DNA of 64,000 bases from an uncultured Bacteroidales bacterium (GTDB taxonomy: Bacteria > Bacteroidota > Bacteroidia > Bacteroidales > FEN-979). Numbering within the stretch: position 1 is the first letter of the stretch; every line of letters begins with the position of its first letter. The position numbers and the translations under genes are program-made. The stretch is taken from assembly GCA_903885595.1 (NCBI GenBank), contig CAISJJ010000044.1, positions 4,325 through 68,324 on the forward strand. The letters run 5' to 3'. Positions 8,341 through 17,837 of the stretch are shown here, one piece after another. The notes under the pieces were generated by a model. It did not search any database, was not told where the DNA came from, and worked only from the letters and a program-made list of their open reading frames with translations.

Positions 8341-9777
8341 ATGAAAAGAATTGCTGGAATTTTTTTGATCGCATTAATTGGCGGAGCTGTTTCGCTGGGA
8401 TTGTATAAAGCCTTTGAAAAGAAACAGTATATTTTGAATTCCCGTCCTGAAGGTATTCCGGTCAGGCAGGTTAATTATAACCCGGGCGCGGCCTTTAATT
8501 TGCCTGATTTTGAGGCTGCGGCAGCCATATCCGTTCATGCGGTGGTACATATTAAATCTGAATTTCAGAAGAAAAGTCTCGTATATGATGATTTCTTCGG
8601 ATTTTTCAATTTTGGCGGGCAACAGCAACCGAGAGAATATATTTCGCCATACTCGGCCATGGGGTCGGGCGTGATCGTGGCACAGGATGGATATATTGTC
8701 ACCAACAACCATGTTGTTCAGGAGGCGACAAATATCGTGGTGACCCTGAATGATAAACGTGTTTACACTGCGACAGTCGTCGGAACTGATCCGAGTTCAG
8801 ACCTGGCCCTGATAAAAATTGAGGAGCAGGGACTGCCGTTCCTGACTTATGGAAATTCCGATGAAGTAAAGATTGGAGAATGGGTGCTTGCGGTTGGGAA
8901 TCCCTTCAATCTGACTTCTACTGTTACTGCGGGAATCGTAAGCGCTAAAGCAAGGAATATCAATATACTTGGCTCTCAGGGGGCAATCGAATCATTTATT
9001 CAGACAGATGCGGCCGTAAATTCAGGGAACAGCGGAGGAGCATTGGTAAATACCCGGGGTGAGCTGATCGGGATCAATGCAGCCATTGCTTCAGGCAACG
9101 GCTATTATACAGGATATTCTTTTGCCATTCCTGTTAATATTGTAAAGAAAGTAGTAGAGGATTTTACCAAATTCGGCAAGATCCAGCGTGCCTATCTCGG
9201 CGTCTATTACCGCGAAATTGATGATCAGTTTGCTAAAGACAAGGGATTTACCGATCTCAGGGGAATCTATGTGGACGATGTGGTAGAAGGAGGCCCGGCT
9301 GCACTGGCTGGTTTAAAAAGCGGGGATGTGATCATCAGGATCGACAATTTGCCCGTGAACGGAAAGGCTGAGCTGATGGAGCTGATCGGGCAGAAAAATC
9401 CCGGGGACAAGGTTACAGTTATCGTCAACCGTTCGGGAAAAGAATATGAAATGGGGTTGACCATGCAAAGTGAGGATTCAAAGGCAGCCCTGGTGAAAGA
9501 TGATAAAATCATCATGCACGGCGCCACATTTCAAATGTTATCTTCCAAAGAAAAAGCCAAATTCAATATTGATTATGGCTTTAAAATCACCTCGCTCGAA
9601 AACGGCAAGCTGCGAAGCGCCGGGATCAGCGCAGGATTTATTGTGCTTTCGGTTGATCGCATACCCATGCGATCGATTCAGGATTTAAAAGATGCGCTTG
9701 GAAACCGCGAGGGGGGTGTGCTCATCGAGGGCGTTTACTCCAATGGTTTACGGGCTTTTTATGGAATTGGATTATGA
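8341..9777 (+). CDS. htrA: Do/HtrA family serine endopeptidase with two PDZ domains
   Basis: N-terminal membrane anchor. Catalytic triad context: TNNHVV (His), DLALIKI (Asp), GNSGGALV (Ser). Two PDZ-like blocks follow. Confidence 0.85.
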   Translation: MKRIAGIFLIALIGGAVSLGLYKAFEKKQYILNSRPEGIPVRQVNYNPGAAFNLPDFEAAAAISVHAVVHIKSEFQKKSLVYDDFFGFFNFGGQQQPREYISPYSAMGSGVIVAQDGYIVTNNHVVQEATNIVVTLNDKRVYTATVVGTDPSSDLALIKIEEQGLPFLTYGNSDEVKIGEWVLAVGNPFNLTSTVTAGIVSAKARNINILGSQGAIESFIQTDAAVNSGNSGGALVNTRGELIGINAAIASGNGYYTGYSFAIPVNIVKKVVEDFTKFGKIQRAYLGVYYREIDDQFAKDKGFTDLRGIYVDDVVEGGPAALAGLKSGDVIIRIDNLPVNGKAELMELIGQKNPGDKVTVIVNRSGKEYEMGLTMQSEDSKAALVKDDKIIMHGATFQMLSSKEKAKFNIDYGFKITSLENGKLRSAGISAGFIVLSVDRIPMRSIQDLKDALGNREGGVLIEGVYSNGLRAFYGIGL

Positions 9778-10637
9778 GACAGTTAAAAATATCGAAATCG
9801 ATCACTAACCGTGAAACCGCTTCGCTTGACAGGTATCTTGCCGATATCGGAAGGGAAGCGCTGATCACGGCAGAGGAGGAGGTCCACCTGGCCCAGCGTA
9901 TCAAACTGGGCGATCAGGCCGCGCTGGAAAAGCTTTGCAAAGCCAACCTCCGTTTTGTTGTTTCTGTTGCAAAGCAGTATCAGAATCAGGGGCTTAGCCT
10001 GCCCGACCTGATAAATGAAGGAAATGTAGGACTAATTAAGGCGGCCCGCCGTTTCGATGAAACCAGGGGGTTCAAGTTTATTTCCTATGCGGTATGGTGG
10101 ATCAGGCAATCAATCCTGCAGGCACTGGCTGAACAATCGCGCATCGTGCGGCTACCGTTGAACCAGGTAGGGTCATTGAGTAAAATGTCAAAAGCAACCA
10201 TAAAGCTTGAGCAGCAGTTTGAGCGGCTTCCCTCAAACAGTGAACTGGCCATTGAACTGGAAATCTCCGAATCGAAAGTGATAGAAGCCCAGCGGATGTC
10301 GAGCCGGATAGTGTCGATGGATGCGCCCATCGACCAGGATGAGGAGACCAAACTGGTTGATGTGTTTATAAACGAAGATACCCCCGGAACAGATGAAAAC
10401 CTGATCAGGGAATCGCTTGCCAAGGAGGTTCAACGTTCTTTATCAACCCTGGCTGATAAAGAACGGGATATCATCAATATGTTTTATGGCATTGGTGTGC
10501 CCCATAGTTATACCCTTGATGAGATCGGCTCCGTTTTCGATCTTACCCGTGAAAGGGTGCGGCAGATCAAGGAAAAAGCGTTGCGACGGCTGAAACATTC
10601 GTCACGAAGCAAACTGTTAAGGACCTACCTGGGATAA
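9774..10637 (+). CDS. rpoD: RNA polymerase primary sigma factor (Bacteroidota short RpoD)
   Basis: 287 aa, [14 protein letters not shown]... N-terminus. Region 2 is [37 protein letters not shown]; region 4 is [17 protein letters not shown]. The ATG overlaps the htrA stop (ATGA). Confidence 0.9.
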   Translation: MRQLKISKSITNRETASLDRYLADIGREALITAEEEVHLAQRIKLGDQAALEKLCKANLRFVVSVAKQYQNQGLSLPDLINEGNVGLIKAARRFDETRGFKFISYAVWWIRQSILQALAEQSRIVRLPLNQVGSLSKMSKATIKLEQQFERLPSNSELAIELEISESKVIEAQRMSSRIVSMDAPIDQDEETKLVDVFINEDTPGTDENLIRESLAKEVQRSLSTLADKERDIINMFYGIGVPHSYTLDEIGSVFDLTRERVRQIKEKALRRLKHSSRSKLLRTYLG

Positions 10638-10715
10638 ACCAGGTGGTTTTGGGCAATGTATAAAAATATTTGAGTTGTTTCTCTTGTCAAAACAATAAAC
10701 GCTAAATAAATCATT

Positions 10716-11060
10716 ATGAGCGAAAATGTGATAAAGAAATCCTTCAATAAAAGAGCATTTACATCTACGGCATTGCTCACTTCCGGCATATTTCTCCCAT
10801 TTAGTGGATTAATGATTCATATCCTTCAATTTGAGAAGTTGACCCTTGAGGGGCATTTTTGGATGTCTGTCCATGATATTTCAGGAATATTGTTTGTGAT
10901 ATTTTCAATTCTGCATATTTCATTTAATTGGAAAGCATTAATTAGTTATGCAAAAAAATCAAAGAATGTTGTTATCAGTAAGGAAGCGTTGATTGCAATA
11001 ATTCTGGTAATTACGATTGTAGGGTTAATTTCATCACATGCCTTTCATATTAATAAATAG
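10716..11060 (+). CDS. DUF4405-like small membrane protein (cytochrome b-like His pattern)
   Basis: 114 aa with three predicted helices. It has the H...H...NW pattern (HDISGILFVIFSILHISFNWKAL). Confidence 0.5.
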   Translation: MSENVIKKSFNKRAFTSTALLTSGIFLPFSGLMIHILQFEKLTLEGHFWMSVHDISGILFVIFSILHISFNWKALISYAKKSKNVVISKEALIAIILVITIVGLISSHAFHINK

Positions 11061-11236
11061 AATACTGCCCATAATAAGCCTGTAAAACCGATGCTAATGA
11101 GTGTTTTCTGTTTACTAACGGTTTATATGACACATGGTTTTACAGTCAAAGCGTTTTGTGGTCGGGGTTATGAACAGGTTGTTAAGAAAAAAAATCAAAA
11201 AAGAACGGATCGGTACTTTACATTAGAATTATTTTG

Positions 11237-11244
11237 TAATTTTG
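11237..11244 (+). promoter_or_regulatory. candidate Bacteroidota -7 box TAATTTTG upstream of ORF 11270
   Basis: Exact match to TAnnTTTG, 26 nt before the ATG. Confidence 0.4.
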
Positions 11245-11269
11245 CCAACTGTTAAACAATTATCAGCAG

Positions 11270-11638
11270 ATGATCCGTCGCCACAGAAACCGTGTTATCT
11301 TTCTTCTCTGCTTCCAGGCAATGGCTGTGGCTATTATTGTTCTTGGATCACTCATTAATTTCCATCAGTATAAGATTTGGGGAAAACCCTTGATTCCCAA
11401 TTTCGTAGGTTACAAACGGGACATTGAAAAATATTCAAAAGCATTATCATTTTCGAAATTCTCCCGCGATAATCAGAATATTCAAAATGATTATAACGGA
11501 AACGAGTTTGATGTCACTTCTGATATCCACCCGGTTCCCTCCAGAACTGTTACCTTAATAACATCAAACCTTTCCCAAAAGGTGCCGGTAACAACCCGGT
11601 TAACATCTAGTGGACTACGCGGTCCGCCTATTTCCTGA
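11270..11638 (+). CDS. small single-TM protein of unknown function ending in ...GLRGPPIS
   Basis: ATG start 26 nt downstream of a TAATTTTG -7 box. N-terminal TM is VIFLLCFQAMAVAIIVLGSLI. It lies upstream of the HmuY-like/TonB-receptor locus. Confidence 0.4.
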   Translation: MIRRHRNRVIFLLCFQAMAVAIIVLGSLINFHQYKIWGKPLIPNFVGYKRDIEKYSKALSFSKFSRDNQNIQNDYNGNEFDVTSDIHPVPSRTVTLITSNLSQKVPVTTRLTSSGLRGPPIS

Positions 11639-11993
11639 ATATTCGCTGGTAAGGTGAGTTTTGTGAGTTAATGAATCTTCAGGTTCATTAGCTCCGTTTT
11701 CATCAGGATATTGATACAGGCAAATAATGCCCACCCACCGGCAGGAATATTTCCGAACCACGAAGCTACTGTTCCCCAGCAATTAAAACTCCAGGTAATT
11801 CATTATTTCATCAGTTCATTTGTCCATAATGTTCAACAGGCCATTTGTTCGAAGCACAAAGTACGCATGTCCACATATTCATTGGTTCAACCGTTTACCT
11901 GTACAACTGTCCGCTGGTTCACCCACTTACCCGTTTATCTGCCAACTCGTGCAGCTGTCCATAAAAAATATTTAACCAAATAAAAGGATCATT

Positions 11994-13274
11994 ATGAAAA
12001 ACATTTCTACTTTTTTATCTGTCAGCCTGTCAGTTTTTCTGTTATTCAGCATACCGATAATTACCGATGCACAGGGAACCATGGTTTCTGACTCGATCGT
12101 TATGTCAACTCAGTATGCCAATGAAGTTTATTATAATCTGGATGGTGGACAAATTCTTTCGTCACCGCGGAATACATGGGATATTGCATTTCGCACCAAA
12201 AAATTAAGTTCCAGCATTCTGACCAACGATGGCTCCGGGGTTGTTTTATATACCTATCCGAATGCAGATACTACAGGCTGGTATAGTGTTGATACCACCG
12301 GATTGTCGGGTTGGACGCCAATGTATAATGACCCGGCTGATTGGGAAAACGGCGCTTTTTCACGCAATGCTACCGGGCATCCCGACTATGGCTGGGGGAA
12401 ATATAATGAGATTACCCACAACCTTGTTGGCGACTCCCTATTCATAATTAAAACCCGTGACGGAAGTTTTAAGAAGCTCTGGATCGTCAGAAAGTATTCA
12501 TCTCTGGATACATATTATTTTCGCTATGCAAACCTTGACGGAACCAATGAGCAATCTGTTTCCTGTAATCTGGACGGTTTAACTGATAAGGATTTCATTG
12601 GTTATTCATTTGAAGCCAATTCGCTGGTTAACTATGAGGCAAATATTGATACATGGGATATCGTATTTACAAAATATATGTCCGTCCAGCCCAACGGAAC
12701 TCCTTATCCGGTTGTTGGTGTATTGTGCAACGAGGGAGTTAAAGCCAAGAAGTTCCATCCTGTTCCATTGGTCTATGATGACTTTGGAGCAGGAACCTGG
12801 GATTCAACGCGTTCCTCTATCGGGTGGGACTGGAAGGTGTTCGACAATGGCACCTTCTCCTATAAAATTGTTGATTCAACCGTTTATTTTATCACAGCTT
12901 TAAGCGGCGATATTTATAAACTGGTTTTTACAACCTTCGCAGGCAGTTCAACAGGTGTTGTGAAATTTAACCGGATGAAAGCTGCCGGGGCCGGGACAGG
13001 CGAGCCTGGTGCGAATTCGATTCAATTGAATGTTTATCCTAATCCTGCCAGCAGCAGGATCAATTTATATATGACCGGTCAAGCCGGTGAAGACCTTACG
13101 TTTACTCTTACAGATCTGACAGGCCGACAACTCCGTGCAGATCGTCCGGAACGTATGGCTGATGGGCGTTATGCTTATTCAATGGATGTAACCGGGGTGC
13201 AACCCGGGATTTACTTTGTGACCGTTTTTACCGCAGCAACGAAAACGGTGACCAAGGTAATTATCACCCGTTAA
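11994..13274 (+). CDS. HmuY-like protein with T9SS C-terminal sorting domain
   Basis: Signal peptide present. It shares blocks with ORF 15523-16527 (WDIAFR / YDLGFE, WDWKVFD / YDWKYYD, YKLVFTTF / FKLRFVDF). The C-terminus NVYPNPASSRINLY...GIYFVTVF...KVIITR is a T9SS type A sorting domain. It sits directly upstream of a TonB-dependent receptor. Confidence 0.5.
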   Translation: MKNISTFLSVSLSVFLLFSIPIITDAQGTMVSDSIVMSTQYANEVYYNLDGGQILSSPRNTWDIAFRTKKLSSSILTNDGSGVVLYTYPNADTTGWYSVDTTGLSGWTPMYNDPADWENGAFSRNATGHPDYGWGKYNEITHNLVGDSLFIIKTRDGSFKKLWIVRKYSSLDTYYFRYANLDGTNEQSVSCNLDGLTDKDFIGYSFEANSLVNYEANIDTWDIVFTKYMSVQPNGTPYPVVGVLCNEGVKAKKFHPVPLVYDDFGAGTWDSTRSSIGWDWKVFDNGTFSYKIVDSTVYFITALSGDIYKLVFTTFAGSSTGVVKFNRMKAAGAGTGEPGANSIQLNVYPNPASSRINLYMTGQAGEDLTFTLTDLTGRQLRADRPERMADGRYAYSMDVTGVQPGIYFVTVFTAATKTVTKVIITR

Positions 13275-13276
13275 GC

Positions 13277-15526
13277 ATGAATAAAGGCCCATTCAGCCTC
13301 GTAATCGGACTATTAAGTCTTTTGGCCGTAGCCGTTGGTTACGGCCAAAAGGCTTTTATTAAGGTCATTGACCAGAAAAACAATGAACCGGTTGCTTTTG
13401 CCCATGTATGCTTTGAGGGATTGAAAACAGGTTCTGCCAAATACAGCCTGACCTCGATTGAGGGAACGGTTTCAAATGAGATTACAGAAACATCAAAAAT
13501 AGCGGTCAGCTATGTCGGATATACAACGTATACCGACACGGTGTATCCAGGGCAATCAACGGAGATCCTGCTTCGCCCGAAGGTGCTGAATATGGATGAG
13601 GTGGTTATCACTGCACAATATACCCCGGAGCGCGCCGATAAATCAATTTACAAAGTTGAGGTGATCAATTCCCGCCAGATCGAGCAGAAGGCGGCTACCA
13701 ACATGGCCGATTTGCTCAAAGATCAGTCGACCATGCGCGTTACCCAGGATGGCGTGCTTGGCACCAGTCTTCGAATCCAGGGAATGTCGGGCGAAAACGT
13801 CAAGTTTCTGCAGGATGGCGTACCGCTTATCGGCAGGCTGAACGGAAATTTCGACCTGAACCAGATCAACCTCTTCAACGTAGATCATGTGGAGGTGATC
13901 GAGGGACCCATGTCTGTTATTTATGGCAGCAATGCACTTGCAGGGGTCATCAACATCATCACAAAAGAGAATAAATCATCGTTTCTTAACGCCACTGTCA
14001 ATGCCTATGCCGAATCAGTGGGCGTCTGCAATTTTGACGCAGCGGCATCACTCAATCACAAAAAACATGGTTTTTCAGTTGATGGCGGCAGGAATTTCTT
14101 CGGAGGATATTCGCCGGTTGATACGAGTCGTTCCCAGACATTCAAACCACGCAGGCAGTATTTTTTTGATGGTTATTACACATTTACTTCAGACTTTGTG
14201 AAACTGAAAGTTGCAGGTGATTATTTCAATGAACTGCTTGTAGATAATGGGCCCCTGCGCGGACCCTATTATGAAACCGCCTTCGATAACCACTTTACAA
14301 CGACCAGGTATTCTGGTCGCGCCGATGCCTCATTTAAACTTCCGAAACACAACTTCGTCAACCTCCTGGGTTCCTGGTCGGGATATAACCGGGTTCGGGA
14401 AACCATATACAAAGATCTTACAACGCTTAGTGAAAATGTAGTCCCCCAATCATGGGCACAGGACACAACGACCATCACAAACCTGGTGGCGCGCGGAACT
14501 TTCGCAAAAAGTAACCCTGTACAGAAATTTAATTATCAGGCAGGATTTGATATCAGCATTGAACGTGGAACCGGAAAAAAAATCCTCGATAATGAGCAGC
14601 AAATAGGGGATTATGCTGCATTCGTGAGTTTGAAGTGGGACCCTGTCAGGGTGGGACACCCTGACAGGGTGGTATTGTCAATCCAGCCAGGGCTGCGACT
14701 GATATATAACACCAAGTACGCAGCTCCACTGGTTTATGCCCTTAGCGCCAAATGGAATATTGTTGAACCCGTAAATCTTCGTTTTTCCTATTCCAGGGGA
14801 TTTCGGGCTCCTTCAATTAAGGAGCTATACCTGGTTTTCGTAGATGTAAATCATAATGTGCTGGGAAATCCCGATCTGAAAGCAGAAAAATCAAACAATT
14901 TCAATCTGAACCTCAACTGGGCGAAAGAGCAGAGAAAGGTGGCCTGGTCCATGGATCTGAGCGGGTTCTATAATTTTATTGAGAATGTGATCCTGCTGGC
15001 ACAAACCGGCAACAGTCTGGAATATAGTTATCAGAATGTTAGCAGGTACAAGAGTGCAGGTGTTCAACTTGGATGTTCATATTCTGTTTACCCGGGATTC
15101 AAATTGCAGGTGGGTTTTGCAGAAACCGGTATCACGGGGAGTGTTGATACCGACTCAGCCTATCAATCCTTTAAATGGTCGACGGAAGTCACCATTAGCC
15201 CATCCTATCGATTTATAAAGCCTGATATTACCCTTTCTTTATATTACAAATATTCGGGAAAATCTCCCCAACTTACCTTTGATGAAAAGGTATTGAGCTG
15301 GCAATGGATCGATGCATATAACATGATGGACTTTACTGCCAGCAAGGGATTCTGGAACAGCCGGATCCGGTTATCGGCAGGGGTGAAAAATATTTTCAAC
15401 ACCACTACGATCCCTTCAACCGGAGGAGGTGGTGGAGCACATGGCGGTGGAAGCGGTGGCACTAACATCAGCTGGGGAAGGACTGTCTTTTTTAAACTCA
15501 CATTTCAATTCAACAAATACAAATGA
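13277..15526 (+). CDS. TonB-dependent receptor with N-terminal carboxypeptidase-regulatory-like domain
   Basis: Signal peptide, then a CarbopepD_reg-like block (IKVIDQKNNEPVAFAHV). Plug motifs are DEVVITA and VEVIEGPMSVIYGSNALAGVINIITK. The remainder is long and beta-barrel-like. Confidence 0.85.
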   Translation: MNKGPFSLVIGLLSLLAVAVGYGQKAFIKVIDQKNNEPVAFAHVCFEGLKTGSAKYSLTSIEGTVSNEITETSKIAVSYVGYTTYTDTVYPGQSTEILLRPKVLNMDEVVITAQYTPERADKSIYKVEVINSRQIEQKAATNMADLLKDQSTMRVTQDGVLGTSLRIQGMSGENVKFLQDGVPLIGRLNGNFDLNQINLFNVDHVEVIEGPMSVIYGSNALAGVINIITKENKSSFLNATVNAYAESVGVCNFDAAASLNHKKHGFSVDGGRNFFGGYSPVDTSRSQTFKPRRQYFFDGYYTFTSDFVKLKVAGDYFNELLVDNGPLRGPYYETAFDNHFTTTRYSGRADASFKLPKHNFVNLLGSWSGYNRVRETIYKDLTTLSENVVPQSWAQDTTTITNLVARGTFAKSNPVQKFNYQAGFDISIERGTGKKILDNEQQIGDYAAFVSLKWDPVRVGHPDRVVLSIQPGLRLIYNTKYAAPLVYALSAKWNIVEPVNLRFSYSRGFRAPSIKELYLVFVDVNHNVLGNPDLKAEKSNNFNLNLNWAKEQRKVAWSMDLSGFYNFIENVILLAQTGNSLEYSYQNVSRYKSAGVQLGCSYSVYPGFKLQVGFAETGITGSVDTDSAYQSFKWSTEVTISPSYRFIKPDITLSLYYKYSGKSPQLTFDEKVLSWQWIDAYNMMDFTASKGFWNSRIRLSAGVKNIFNTTTIPSTGGGGGAHGGGSGGTNISWGRTVFFKLTFQFNKYK
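14637..14672. repeat. double copy of the CCCTG-N-CAGGGTG palindromic motif inside the TonB-receptor CDS
   Basis: The sequence is gggaCCCTGTCAGGGTGggaCACCCTGACAGGGTGg: two 13-nt arms that are exact reverse complements, separated by gga. Confidence 0.8.
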
Positions 15527-16527
15527 TTCGGACAATACTCCTGTCTTTATTATTGCTCATTGCGATCGGGTTTCAATCCTGTTTCAAGGAGGATGAAATG
15601 GTTTCCCCACATCCGAGGGGAGACATCATGACCGACACGATCCCCATGACGGTAAACTATCTTAACCAGGTCTATTTCAGCCTGGATTCAGGGAAGGTTG
15701 TAAGCGCCAATGTGAAAACTTTATACGACCTGGGATTTGAATGCAGTCAAACCGGCTGGCGGGTAATTCTCAACACCGGCGATTTTATGAAGGTTGCCGA
15801 TCTGGGCAAAGTTCCTTTCGGACAAACCTACGACACCATCGGGCTTATAATGCTTTTTGACAAATCGGACGGAAACCCCGATTCAAATGCTATCGGGCAA
15901 TGGTTCGAAATTTCAGGCGCTGATACGGTTTCAAAAAATCATGTCTATGCCCTGAGCAGAGGGCTCGATGAATTAGGTAATCCGCTGGGGCTTTACCAGG
16001 TGATCTTTGACAGTCTTAGAAACAATATGTATTATTTCAGGTATGCCCCGCTCAGTGGCGGAACAATTTCTTCAGGAGCCATCACCAAAGATCCAGAGGT
16101 AAACTATGTATTTTTCAGCCTGAAATCGGGTTCTGCAGTTCCAGGAGAGCCTTCAAAGGACACTTATGACTTGCTGTTTACCCAGTACACCACCATGCTC
16201 TACACAAACGAGGGCTTTCCTTATCCATATCTTGTTACCGGTGTGCTGTTAAACCGTTACATGGTTGTGGCAGCTGTTGATTCCATTGTTGATTTCCTGG
16301 CGATTACACGCGACATTGCAATGACGATGAACTATACGAAAGCGTTGGATGGAATTGGTTACGATTGGAAGTACTATGACGACGAGACTGGGAATTACAC
16401 CATCCTGCCCAATCTGAGTTATGTAATTCGTGGCGTTTCCGGCTTTTGGTTCAAACTCCGGTTCGTTGATTTTTACAATAAAGAGGGGCTGAAAGGGTAC
16501 CCTGTGATAGAGTATCAGCGGTTATAG
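15523..16527 (+). CDS. HmuY-like lipoprotein
   Basis: ATGA overlap with the receptor gene. The lipoprotein-type N-terminus is LLLLIAIGFQSC. It is a paralogue of ORF 11994-13274 without the T9SS domain. Confidence 0.5.
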   Translation: MIRTILLSLLLLIAIGFQSCFKEDEMVSPHPRGDIMTDTIPMTVNYLNQVYFSLDSGKVVSANVKTLYDLGFECSQTGWRVILNTGDFMKVADLGKVPFGQTYDTIGLIMLFDKSDGNPDSNAIGQWFEISGADTVSKNHVYALSRGLDELGNPLGLYQVIFDSLRNNMYYFRYAPLSGGTISSGAITKDPEVNYVFFSLKSGSAVPGEPSKDTYDLLFTQYTTMLYTNEGFPYPYLVTGVLLNRYMVVAAVDSIVDFLAITRDIAMTMNYTKALDGIGYDWKYYDDETGNYTILPNLSYVIRGVSGFWFKLRFVDFYNKEGLKGYPVIEYQRL

Positions 16528-16661
16528 GCAAATAATAGTTTTTCAGTACGCTGAATAACACTGGGAAGAATTAGATCATCCGAATTTTTCGGCTATCTCA
16601 CCAGGGCAGATTGACCCGCCTGTTCACTTTTTCGGGACGCTGATCTCTGGGTTTGCTTGAT

Positions 16662-17042
16662 CTAATTCGTTTGTTGCTCGCAAAAATCGCTCCCACTTAT
16701 GGTTCCTCCGCTGCCAACTCCATCGTATGAGATTTTCAGGCTGCCGTCTTTTGTGGTGCCCGTTGCCGATATCGCCACATCAGTGCTGGTAAGCGCAGGA
16801 ACAGTGACGGTCCATGGCAGCGATGGGTTCTGAACAGTCACAATTCCTGAAATTGTCGCATAACTCAATGAGGACAAAGTGCCATCACCGGTTTGTGTTG
16901 CCGTATAAATGATGGTCATCTCCACAGGCGGTTTGCTTGCCGCAGTGGATAAATTACAGGTGATCTCTTTTGTCTTTTTGCATCCAATGAGTCCGATGAC
17001 TGCAACAGACAACAAAACAATGTAAACAAGGCGTTTCTTCAT
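16662..17042 (-). CDS. small lipoprotein, unknown function
   Basis: 126 aa with ATG start. Lipoprotein signal is VAVIGLIGC. The mature part is Thr/Ser/Gly-rich. Confidence 0.45.
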   Translation of the reverse strand: MKKRLVYIVLLSVAVIGLIGCKKTKEITCNLSTAASKPPVEMTIIYTATQTGDGTLSSLSYATISGIVTVQNPSLPWTVTVPALTSTDVAISATGTTKDGSLKISYDGVGSGGTISGSDFCEQQTN

Positions 17043-17162
17043 GTGTTGGAATTTAAGTGTTAAACCTAAATGAGTGTTTCAGGTTAATTGGATTTATTAA
17101 TTTTCATTTCAAAATTGCCGGTAACAAAACAATATTACGGATTACTGACGAAACAATTATCA

Positions 17163-17170
17163 TAACTTTG
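17163..17170 (+). promoter_or_regulatory. candidate -7 box TAACTTTG upstream of the CDGSH-domain gene
   Basis: Exact match to TAnnTTTG. It lies 117 nt before ATG 17287 and 195 nt before ATG 17365. Confidence 0.3.
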
Positions 17171-17364
17171 ATATTTTAATTTACAGACCCTTTGTCTGCA
17201 AATAATTTCAATTATGATTGTCACTTCAAAGAATCCTTATGGAAGCATCGCAGAAAAGTTTTTTTAGTTAATACTTTTTTAAAAGAATGAGCAAAGCAGC
17301 AGGTGGCGGTCACGATAAAAAAGGTGAAAGAAATAATACTGAAACGCAATTTGAAATTCAATTT

Positions 17365-17823
17365 ATGGAAAAGCTTATAAAAAAATACAATAACGGAGAG
17401 ATAACGGTTGTTTGGCAGCCGGATCTGTGCATTCACTCAAAAATATGCTGGGAAAAGGCGACAGGATTACCCGAAGTGTTTAATCCGCAGTTACGGCCAT
17501 GGATCGATGTATACGCTGCTGATACCGATGAGATCATTGCCCAGGTTAAAAAATGCCCATCATCAGCTTTAAGTTACTTCATGAACAGGGAGCCAGACAT
17601 CACGCCAAGTGTTGACGCTGACAAAGCTGATGCTGGCGGAAGTGACGTAGTTGTTCATGTGATGAAAAATGGTCCTTTGATCGTATATGGCAATATAACA
17701 GTAAAAGACGCTGATGGGATGGAACTCAAAAAGACCAACACAACTGCGTTCTGCCGGTGTGGCGCCTCAAAAAAACATCCTTACTGCGACGGCACCCATC
17801 ATGAAATTAGTTTTGAGGGATAA
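17365..17823 (+). CDS. divergent 4Fe-4S mono-cluster domain / CDGSH iron-sulfur domain protein
   Basis: N-terminal VVWQPDLCIHSKIC block and C-terminal CDGSH motif FCRCGASKKHPYCDGTHH. The ORF is open from ATG 17287, but the family-like N-terminus starts at ATG 17365. Confidence 0.7.
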   Translation: MEKLIKKYNNGEITVVWQPDLCIHSKICWEKATGLPEVFNPQLRPWIDVYAADTDEIIAQVKKCPSSALSYFMNREPDITPSVDADKADAGGSDVVVHVMKNGPLIVYGNITVKDADGMELKKTNTTAFCRCGASKKHPYCDGTHHEISFEG

Positions 17824-17837
17824 AAACTTGTATCAGC

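Noticed and set aside
11640-11993. Cobalamin or other riboswitch, or the 90-aa track ORF 11711-11983, upstream of the HmuY-like/TonB-receptor genes
   Set aside because: I looked for a B12 box and the GGTG..AA.TCC core. I found only a loose AGCTACTGT fragment, which is not enough. The 90-aa ORF starts at TTG, and its translation shows no recognisable motifs.
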